From Casimicrobium sp. (GTDB taxonomy: Bacteria > Pseudomonadota > Gammaproteobacteria > Burkholderiales > Casimicrobiaceae), in NCBI GenBank assembly GCA_040079845.1, contig JBEBJR010000001.1, positions 128,386 to 192,385 on the forward strand: 64,000 bases of DNA, written 5' to 3'. Of the stretch, positions 20,101 through 26,388 are shown one piece after another; the stretch's first letter is position 1; each line of letters starts with the position of its first letter. A model generated the notes under the pieces. It was given only the letters and a program-made list of their open reading frames with translations, had not been told where the DNA came from and did not search any database. A program made the translations under genes and the position numbers.

Positions 20101-22067
20101 AACACTCTCCACCCATAACGACGTTTGAACGGGTCGACGTTGCGTGCGACCGTCGAGCGGTTGTTGCCGCGGGCCACACCCATTCGGTCTCGTGCGTCGC
20201 GTTCAGCGCGGACGGTCAGACGCTGGCGAGTGGTTCGTGGGACACGACGGTGAAGCTCTGGGACGTAGCGACGGGGCGCGAAAAGTTCAGCTTGGCCGGG
20301 CACACCGATTGGGTTTTGTCCGTCGCGTTCAGCGCGGATGGCCAGACACTGGCGAGTGGATCGTGCGACAACACGGTGAAGCTCTGGGACGTCATGACGG
20401 GGCGCGAGAAGCTCAGTATGACCGGGCACTGGGATTGGGGTTCGTCCGTCGCGTTCAGCGCGGACGGTCAGACGCTGGCGAGCGGTTCGGGCGACCGCAC
20501 GGTCAAGCTGTGGGATGTGGCGACCGGGCGCGAAAAGCTCAGCTTGGCCGGGCACTCCGATTCGGTCTGGTCCGTCGCGTTCAGCGCGGACGGTCAGACG
20601 CTGTCGAGCGGTTCGGGCGACCGCACGATCAAGCTCTGGGACGTGGCGACGGGGCGCGAAAAGCTCAGCTTGGCCGGGCACACCGATTCGGTCAGGTCCG
20701 TCGCGTTCAGCGCGGACGGGCAGACGCTGGCGAGCGGTTCGGAGGACAACACAGTCAAGCTCTGGGACGTGGCGACGGGGCGGGAAAAGCTCAGCTTGGC
20801 CGAGCACACCGATTCGGTCAGGTCCGTCGCGTTCAGCGCGGACGGGCAGACGCTGGCGAGTGGTTCGGCGGACAAGACGGTTAAGCTCTGGGATGCGGCG
20901 ACGGGGCGCGAAAAGCTCAGCTTGGCGGGGCGCAGAAATTCGATCTCGTCCGTCGCGTTCAGCGCCGACCGTCGGACGCTGGCGTGCGGATCGTGGGACA
21001 ACACAGTGAAGGTCTGGGACTTGGCATCGGGACGCGAACTGCTCAGCTTGGTGGGGCACCAATCTTTTGTCTGGTCAATCGCGTTTAGCGTGGACGGTCA
21101 GACTCTGGCGAGCGGATCGTTGGACTCCACGGTGAAGCTCTGGGACGTAGCGACGGGGCGCGAAAAGCTCAGCTTGGCCGGGCACACCCATTCGGTCTCG
21201 TGCGTCGCGTTCAGCGCGGACGGTCAGACGCTGGCGAGTGGTTCGTGGGACACGACGGTGAAGCTCTGGGACGTAGCGACGGGGCGCGAAAAGTTCAGCT
21301 TGGCCGGGCACACCGATTGGGTTTTGTCCGTCGCGTTCAGCGCGGATGGCCAGACACTGGCGAGTGGATCGTGCGACAACACGGTGAAGCTCTGGGACGT
21401 CATGACGGGGCGCGAGAAGCTCAGTATGACCGGGCACTGGGATTGGGGTTCGTCCGTCGCGTTCAGCGCGGACGGTCAGACGCTGGCGAGCGGTTCGGAG
21501 GACAAGACGGTCAAGCTCTGGGACGTGGCGACTGGGCGCGTGAAGCGCGCCTTGGCGGGGCATACCAAATCGGTCTCGTGCGTCGCGTTCAGCGCGGACG
21601 GCCAGACACTGGCGAGCGGTTCTTCGGACATGACAGTGAAACTCTGGGATGTGGCGACGGGGCGCGAAAAGCTGCGCTTGGCAGGGCATCAGGATTTGGT
21701 CACGTCGGTCGCGTTCAGCGCGGACGGGCAGACGCTGGCTAGCGGTTCGACGGACAACTCGGTCAAACTCTGGGATGTGTCGACCGGGTGGGCTCGTCGT
21801 TCCTTTGTGTCCTTGCCGCGCGGCGAGTGGGTCACGCTGGATGAATCGGTGTCGGACGCGCGTGAACGCGGGCTGCCGGTGATCGCAGCGAGCAACCAAG
21901 CGCCACACTACTTGCGTCAGCAGTGGCGAAATCCCGCGACGGGAAAGCTCGCATGGATGCCGTGGGCACCTCCGGGGTCGGAGCTTTGGGTGAGCGTCGG
22001 AGGTGGAAATGACCCGAAGCACGCGTTGTTTGCTGCCGTAAATCTACACTCTGAACATGACCGATAA
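17193..22067 (+). CDS. STAND/NLR-like protein: unknown N-terminal domain - TIR-like - NACHT NTPase - pentapeptide repeats - 13 WD40 repeats
   Basis: 1,624 codons. AGGAG lies 5 nt upstream of ATG 17193; the ORF-track start 17148 is a GTG. Domain motifs are listed in the sub-features below. Confidence 0.88.
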   Translation: MITLKSLPAIAQLEAVLTKNLLAGDDPARCKALIKVLKASTDGRLRYDAVLAAVFPDGHQPANPGNVFTKFRQRVGAAAQEAGIAFEMQVTGSKRSGAASMWLTFHGDDAANGQLPMEASPTHDPKVYAPQMARRDVKRIFLSNADLDGELVAQFLKCLRTSMASDGDSRIHEWASSIFWHRVDLTDNQQQQAIHRAIDDCDVGLILFSRNLIASSFVRGEELPRFQPSKWSDGDPRARPAIAVQLTNEPIDRLHSAVGHKEFTYRNCVDDHSEKRCSFELGNSTQRNRLCDQIVEKLKEYLLPSDDGGDSVSPSLRKRRQKVNTPSEHLPLPCADDRYNEVQYDATAVARATAIRRAGGHNVATSGEGAPDANTAVSKSASTDVPALEYLSTWATEANRSRWFAVLGELGMGKTFLCRMLANRLRNTPDAPRPIYVDLRSSATDAANGARLTLELILQNSLRVDYSSPKSFTPETLIDGVRKRGDVIIFDGLDELSVHLKDEGTRALIAELLSVLPPTLEASTNRSSEESPTAAKQIDGKRRASSSKAEKLGKVVISCRTHYFPDITSQNAFLLQAHRGKADGEDVEAFTLLPFTEEAIRRYFRNALGTDKADSAFELISEVHNLRELAERPYLLSLITGQIGKLEVMRQRGETVNAASLYGLFADDWLQRDTGKHEFELAHKRSVMQALAAEMWRERARQWSWERMERWLNEFMLSVPGWVFRYAAKADVLAKDLRTATFIVRVGEDSFRFAHTSLQEYFLSGYLLDALTARELSKWDNLVPSDETFDFMWQRWQLMANGVQRTVVDGLHDLLARAKPARGAVAPLIAWQLYVLRQAENPAAIVNLDGADVRGWRLAGTADRPMRLPNLTLRDAVAKALTVSHVDAVAVDASRAHLVQARFGDCDFQRADIRDADLRGSTWRNVDLRDARVDGGMLAGALFDQCDVSGISIDTSHPSSAGTFVLLNPKHSPPITTFERVDVACDRRAVVAAGHTHSVSCVAFSADGQTLASGSWDTTVKLWDVATGREKFSLAGHTDWVLSVAFSADGQTLASGSCDNTVKLWDVMTGREKLSMTGHWDWGSSVAFSADGQTLASGSGDRTVKLWDVATGREKLSLAGHSDSVWSVAFSADGQTLSSGSGDRTIKLWDVATGREKLSLAGHTDSVRSVAFSADGQTLASGSEDNTVKLWDVATGREKLSLAEHTDSVRSVAFSADGQTLASGSADKTVKLWDAATGREKLSLAGRRNSISSVAFSADRRTLACGSWDNTVKVWDLASGRELLSLVGHQSFVWSIAFSVDGQTLASGSLDSTVKLWDVATGREKLSLAGHTHSVSCVAFSADGQTLASGSWDTTVKLWDVATGREKFSLAGHTDWVLSVAFSADGQTLASGSCDNTVKLWDVMTGREKLSMTGHWDWGSSVAFSADGQTLASGSEDKTVKLWDVATGRVKRALAGHTKSVSCVAFSADGQTLASGSSDMTVKLWDVATGREKLRLAGHQDLVTSVAFSADGQTLASGSTDNSVKLWDVSTGWARRSFVSLPRGEWVTLDESVSDARERGLPVIAASNQAPHYLRQQWRNPATGKLAWMPWAPPGSELWVSVGGGNDPKHALFAAVNLHSEHDR
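17601..18097 (+). other. TIR-like domain of the NLR-like protein
   Basis: Contains RIFLSNADLDGELVAQFL (beta-A strand pattern) and AIHRAIDDCDVGLILFSRNLIASSFVRGEELPRF (the hhhhhS.n..S....E segment with a candidate catalytic Glu). Confidence 0.55.
18350..19500 (+). other. NACHT/STAND NTPase module
   Basis: Walker A GELGMGKT at 18414-18437, Walker B VIIFDGLDEL at 18651-18680, and a winged-helix-like FAHTSLQEYF near 19450. Confidence 0.8.
19731..20054 (+). other. Pentapeptide-repeat segment (~20 pentads)
   Basis: ...AHLVQ ARFGD CDFQR ADIRD ADLRG STWRN VDLRD ARVDG GMLAG ALFDQ CDVSG... Confidence 0.8.
20175..20490 (+). repeat. 316-nt perfect direct repeat, copy 1 (WD units 1-3a)
   Basis: Base-for-base identical to 21183-21498. 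The offset is 1008 nt, i.e. 8 WD units. Confidence 0.95.
21183..21498 (+). repeat. 316-nt perfect direct repeat, copy 2 (WD units 9-11a)
   Basis: Identical to 20175-20490. Confidence 0.95.
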
Positions 22068-23151
22068 AACCATTCATCCCGATACGCTCCACCGCTGGGT
22101 GGCCGATTTATTTTTGGCGGCGGGTTCGTCGGCCAACGAGGCGACGCTCACGGCTGACCATTTGGTGCTCTCCAACTTGAGCGGGCACGATTCGCATGGC
22201 GTGGGTATGGTGCCTCGGTATGTGAGGTCCATCGCGGCGGGTGAGTTGGTGTTGAACACTGACGTTGAAGTGGTGACCGATACCGGCAGCTTGCTGGTGA
22301 TCGACGCGCATCGTGGCATTGGCCAGAGCGTTACGCATCAAGCGATGTCGATCGCGATCAAACGCGCGAAAGACACGGGCGTGTGTGTGATGGGGCTGCG
22401 CAATTCGCATCATCTCGGGCGCGTCGGGCATTGGGCGGAGCAGGCGGTCGAAGAGGGATTGATTTCGGTGCACTTTACCAACGCGGTGAGCCAGCATTGG
22501 GTCGCGCCGTACGGTGGCGCGGAAGCGCGATTCGTGACCAATCCTTTCACGGTGGGCATTCCGCGACCGGCATCAGACGGTGGCCCGATTTTGCTGGACT
22601 TCGCGACGAGTGCGATTGCGCAGGGCAAAGTGCGTGTCGCGTACAACGCGCAGAAGCACACGCCCGAAGGCGCGTTGATTGATCACGAAGGCTTCCCGAC
22701 GACCAATCCCGGTGTGTTGTTTGAGCCGGTGAACGGGCGCATCGGCGCGCTGACGACGATGGCCGCGCACAAGGGTTATGCGCTTGCGATGGTGTGTGAA
22801 CTCCTCGGCGCGGCGCTGACCGGCGGCTCGGTGACGATTCCGAAAAATCAACCAAAGGCCGGGGTGTGGAACAACATGCTGACCATCGTGTTCGACCCGG
22901 CGCGGTTCGGTACGCAGAACGCGTTTGAAGTGTCGACGCGTGAGTTTGTGGACTGGGTGAAGTCTGCGCGCCTTTCAGAGGGCCACGACGAAATCCTGAT
23001 GCCCGGCGACCCGGAGCGCAAGTCGCGCATCGCTCGTGCGAGCGCATTGCCGATTGACGCAGGCACGATTGCCGAGATGGATGTTGCGGCGGAAACGGTG
23101 AAAACACTTAGCGGAAAAGGGCCGGGAGCGTTGTCGGCGTTAATGCATTAG
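22057..23151 (+). CDS. Ldh_2-family (malate/L-lactate/ureidoglycolate-type) NAD(P)H oxidoreductase
   Basis: 364 aa with the family motif LSGHDSHGVGMVPRY. Its ATG overlaps the last 11 nt of the NLR-like gene. Confidence 0.8.
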   Translation: MTDKTIHPDTLHRWVADLFLAAGSSANEATLTADHLVLSNLSGHDSHGVGMVPRYVRSIAAGELVLNTDVEVVTDTGSLLVIDAHRGIGQSVTHQAMSIAIKRAKDTGVCVMGLRNSHHLGRVGHWAEQAVEEGLISVHFTNAVSQHWVAPYGGAEARFVTNPFTVGIPRPASDGGPILLDFATSAIAQGKVRVAYNAQKHTPEGALIDHEGFPTTNPGVLFEPVNGRIGALTTMAAHKGYALAMVCELLGAALTGGSVTIPKNQPKAGVWNNMLTIVFDPARFGTQNAFEVSTREFVDWVKSARLSEGHDEILMPGDPERKSRIARASALPIDAGTIAEMDVAAETVKTLSGKGPGALSALMH

Positions 23152-23175
23152 GTCGAGGCTCAATCGTTGTTTTTC

Positions 23176-23268
23176 GTAGGGCGGGCACTGCCCGCCTCGT
23201 GCCTCCCGCCAAAGGCAAGTTAGTCAAGCGCTTCGCGCGCGATTGGAGGCGGGCATTGCCCGCCGTAC
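23176..23268. repeat. Inverted pair of GTAG-headed REP units separated by 51 nt
   Basis: gtagggcgggcactgcccgcc at 23176-23196 and ggcgggcattgcccgccgtac at 23248-23268. Confidence 0.7.
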
Positions 23269-23277
23269 GATGACAAT

Positions 23278-23397
23278 CAGCTTTTTGGCGCTATCGACCG
23301 TCGGGCGGTCGTTCAGGGTGGTTTTTTCTTTATGTCGATAATGACGAATTCAGGTTGCTAACGACGGCCTGCTGGTCGTTAGCGCACAAAAGCTGTT
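23278..23397. repeat. ~119-nt palindromic intergenic element, copy B (best preserved)
   Basis: CAGCTTTTTGGCGCTATCGAC-N9-GTCGTT ... TGTCGATAATGAC ... GCTAACGAC-N9-GTCGTTAGCGCACAAAAGCTG. Confidence 0.85.
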
Positions 23398-23437
23398 GTT
23401 ATTTAGTGCGTTTGTGCGGCAATGCCCACTCCGCCAG

Positions 23438-24193
23438 TTACGGTTTAGCCGTGAGCGAAATATCGCCGAACCGGGCGCTGGTCTTGTCGCCGGTGTTGTC
23501 CGCGTCCACCATGATGGCGATCCCCGAAACGCGCGTGGGTTCTTCGCCGAATGCGCGCTTGTAGTCGTCGTACACGTCGCGCGTGAAGCGCTTCCATTGA
23601 CCCACGGACGCCGGATCAGCGTCGACCACGATCATGCGGGCGCGAGCGGTGTACGGGCTGGTAATGATGTCGCCGCGTGCGGCTTTGTGCGTGAAGACGT
23701 ACGTCAATGCGGCGTGCGGTGGGGTTTCTTTGTAGAGCGCTTGCGCGATTGCGTTTTCTGCACGTTCGCGAAAACTCTCCCGCGTCGGATCGCTGGCGAA
23801 GGTCACGTACACGCGTGCGGCGTAGTCGTCGCCGGATTTTTCTCGCGGGTTGCTGCGTTCGAGCAGATTGCCCACCTTCCAACTAAATGTCAGCACAGGT
23901 GTGGATCGGGCGTCGGCATCAAGTCGCTGTGCAAGCGCCGCAGCTGACGCACTCGCGGCACCTTCGATTACGACCGCGTTCGTCTGCTCGTCGCGAACCA
24001 GCGCATAAGTGCTTGCTTGTTTCACGCTGCGAAAAGTTTGCAATGTCCAACCTTTGATCGCAGTCCCCGCGCTCAGACTGGAAAACGGTGCCACACTGGT
24101 GTTCGCCACGTCCGCTGCGAGACTCGCCGGGATAGCGCAAAGGCAGGCCGCTGCGATGCTTGTGCCTAAAACGATCTGCGCAAGATTTGCCAT
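23438..24193 (-). CDS. DUF3047-family secreted protein
   Basis: 251 aa with a signal peptide (MANLAQIVLGTSIAAACLCAIPASLA) and the segment SGDDYAARVYVTF. Start moved to ATG 24193, which overlaps the upstream gene by 28 nt. Confidence 0.7.
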   Translation of the reverse strand: MANLAQIVLGTSIAAACLCAIPASLAADVANTSVAPFSSLSAGTAIKGWTLQTFRSVKQASTYALVRDEQTNAVVIEGAASASAAALAQRLDADARSTPVLTFSWKVGNLLERSNPREKSGDDYAARVYVTFASDPTRESFRERAENAIAQALYKETPPHAALTYVFTHKAARGDIITSPYTARARMIVVDADPASVGQWKRFTRDVYDDYKRAFGEEPTRVSGIAIMVDADNTGDKTSARFGDISLTAKP

Positions 24194-25488
24194 TTTGATT
24201 CGGTGATGGGGGCGGAACGCCCTGTGAAATCGAGATGCTGGCACACGTCGGCAAACCGCGCCAAAAGGTCGGGCGCGTCGCGGCCGCCCATGTGTACGAG
24301 CGCGTAACGGTAATTGCCGAGCCATTTGGTTTCGCGCGCGCGCGAAGTGGCGTGTTTCAGGTCAAGAAACAGGCGTGCATCAGGGTAAGTTTGCGTGAGC
24401 CAACGCTGCTGTGAGCGCGGTGGCGCAAATTTCACGGCGTCGCCAAATTCACGAAACACGAAGCTCGCCGCAGAACCAAACGCGCCCGCTTTGTGCGGCC
24501 ATACCGGCGTTTGGCCGAGCGCAAGTTCCAGCTCAAGCGCCCACAAACTTTTGCCGTCAACACGCTCGTACAAATCAGAAAATTGCCCCGCCATGCGCGG
24601 GTTGATTTCGATGATCGTGATGCGCTCGGTCTTCGGATCTAGAAACAGTTCAACGTTGAATAGACCGTGAGTAAAACCAATCGCCTCGACGGCTCGCTTC
24701 GCGACATCTTCCAGGCGCCGAACTCGATCTGCGGCGAGTTGCGACGGGTATTCAAATCGCATAAATGCGCTCGAGCCCGGATACATCACTGAATCGACGG
24801 TGCCGAGAATATGTACGTTGCCGTCTTGGGCGTAGCCGTCCACACAGACCTGAATCGCGCCGTCAATACAGCCTTCGGCGATGAAGCAATCAGCGTCGAT
24901 TTCACACGCGATGCGCTGTGCCGACACACGGCGAAACGGCCAGGTGAGTCGCTTGATAATGAATTTTTCCCAAGGCGCAAATTTGAGATGCGTTCGCAAC
25001 GCGGCTTCGTTTTTGCATCGTTTGGCTAGCACTGAAAACGCCGCCTTCACAGGCTTTACAAAAACGGGGTAATCAATCGTGACGGCAGTCCGCACGTCGG
25101 CGTCATAACGAAACCCACAGAACGGCGGCACGTTTTCCGGCATGGCTTGCGCGTGAATTTTTCGCGCGAGAAATTTGTGTTGCGCGGTCAGCAGCGACTG
25201 CAACGACGCTCCGGGGAGTCCTAGCTTTTCAGCCAGTAAACTGGACGCTAGCGCGCCAAATTGCTCGTGGGTCGACACGACGGCCGCGATTGTCCGGTTC
25301 CTGTATTTGCGGGTCAAGCGTTTAACAAAGCGCTCGACATCGAACCACAGCAGTCGTGCATTCGACGGGAAGGTGAAGAGATCAAAACCCTCGCGAACAA
25401 ATTCAAATTCTGAATTCGACGATTCAAGCGACGCGAGCGCCAGTTCGTCGTAGTCCTGCGCGAAGAGAATCAGTATCAGCGGTCTCAT
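24166..25488 (-). CDS. ATP-grasp-fold enzyme, substrate unknown
   Basis: 440 aa. The pre-ATP-grasp and ATP-grasp layout includes the IIEINPRMAG segment. Confidence 0.7.
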   Translation of the reverse strand: MRPLILILFAQDYDELALASLESSNSEFEFVREGFDLFTFPSNARLLWFDVERFVKRLTRKYRNRTIAAVVSTHEQFGALASSLLAEKLGLPGASLQSLLTAQHKFLARKIHAQAMPENVPPFCGFRYDADVRTAVTIDYPVFVKPVKAAFSVLAKRCKNEAALRTHLKFAPWEKFIIKRLTWPFRRVSAQRIACEIDADCFIAEGCIDGAIQVCVDGYAQDGNVHILGTVDSVMYPGSSAFMRFEYPSQLAADRVRRLEDVAKRAVEAIGFTHGLFNVELFLDPKTERITIIEINPRMAGQFSDLYERVDGKSLWALELELALGQTPVWPHKAGAFGSAASFVFREFGDAVKFAPPRSQQRWLTQTYPDARLFLDLKHATSRARETKWLGNYRYALVHMGGRDAPDLLARFADVCQHLDFTGRSAPITESKWQILRRSF

Positions 25489-26300
25489 CGTTTGTCGTTG
25501 AGATTCCAGTCGTAGTCGAGATACGAAATTGAGACCTTGCCAGCCTTAATTTCCGCTTGCGCGGCTACGTCGCTGGTGAGGCGATCTGCATATTTTCCGA
25601 GCGTGGCTTCGAGAGAAGCAAAGCCTTTGTAGCCTTTGGTGAAGTCCTTTTTGTACCAGTCGAAGATTTTGCTGATTTCGAGCTTTTTGCTTTCTGCGCT
25701 GTAGCGGTTACGTGATTTGTCGGAAAGGAATCGTTGCATGCCGTCTTCGAGTTGCGTATCAATTTTGTCTGCGGTGAACACTTCATTTCGGAGCATGGGG
25801 CAACCGATTGACGCGCACACAACAGCCACGTGAATTCGCGGATCGTTGAACACGCCCTCAGCTCGAATCATGTCGTGCTCGATGTTGTCGAGCGTAGTTT
25901 CTTTGCCGAACAGCTTGAAAAATTTCAGACCCCACGGTTTGCTAAACGTGCCGCCCAACTCACGAATGGATTTGAGGTTCGGGTACTTCGTGAGAATTAG
26001 CTCAATGGTGTACGCGTTGTACGCGTTAATCAAAAACGCTAATTGCTGATTTTTGTTCCATGATTTGTAGGTCGCTTCCGGCACGGCGGATACGGCGTCC
26101 AAGTAGCTCTTGAGCGCGGCACGATCGCGTGCGACGCCAGCGTAAGAAACCTGGGACGCGTTGCCGTTTGAAATGAGCGTGACGTGCTTCTTGAGGAGGT
26201 CATCAAAGGCCTTATGCGAATGGTCGAACGGAGCTTGCGCGAAAGCGGTTGCGGCGATCAATCCGAATACGGTTGCGATGAGTCGATGGAGGAAATTCAT
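25485..26300 (-). CDS. DUF547-family secreted protein
   Basis: 271 aa with a signal peptide and the motifs AFLINAYNAYTI and DPRIHVAVVCASIGCPML. Start moved to ATG 26300. A 4-nt ATGA overlap joins it to the next gene. Confidence 0.75.
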   Translation of the reverse strand: MNFLHRLIATVFGLIAATAFAQAPFDHSHKAFDDLLKKHVTLISNGNASQVSYAGVARDRAALKSYLDAVSAVPEATYKSWNKNQQLAFLINAYNAYTIELILTKYPNLKSIRELGGTFSKPWGLKFFKLFGKETTLDNIEHDMIRAEGVFNDPRIHVAVVCASIGCPMLRNEVFTADKIDTQLEDGMQRFLSDKSRNRYSAESKKLEISKIFDWYKKDFTKGYKGFASLEATLGKYADRLTSDVAAQAEIKAGKVSISYLDYDWNLNDKR

Positions 26301-26388
26301 GAGCGTGCTTTCTTGGGGCGGGCGCGGCCTGCCGGGTGGAACGAGACGGGCGGCACCCGCCCACAGCGTGATGGATATCGTTGCAGTT

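Larger units (their letters stand above)
20172..21809 (+). repeat. Coding tandem array: 13 x 126-nt WD40 units with no indels
   Basis: Unit consensus is GHxxxVxxVAFSADGQTLASGSxDxTVKLWDVATGREKLSLA. The period is exactly 126 nt throughout. Confidence 0.95.

Noticed and set aside
20172-21809. A regular ~126-nt periodic repeat that could superficially be read as a CRISPR-like or satellite array.
   Set aside because: There is no repeat/spacer alternation. The units are contiguous, in-frame and translate to canonical WD40 blades within a single long ORF.
19944-22022. Many long ORFs on both strands and in alternative frames across the WD40 region (for example 19944-21062 -, 21075-22022 -, 20144-20884 +, 20515-21009 +, 21200-21742 +).
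   Set aside because: They are Arg/Gly/Ala-rich, repeat with the same 126-nt period as the WD40 frame, and have no motifs. They are stop-free shadows of a GC-rich tandem repeat, and only the +-strand WD40 frame gives a coherent protein.
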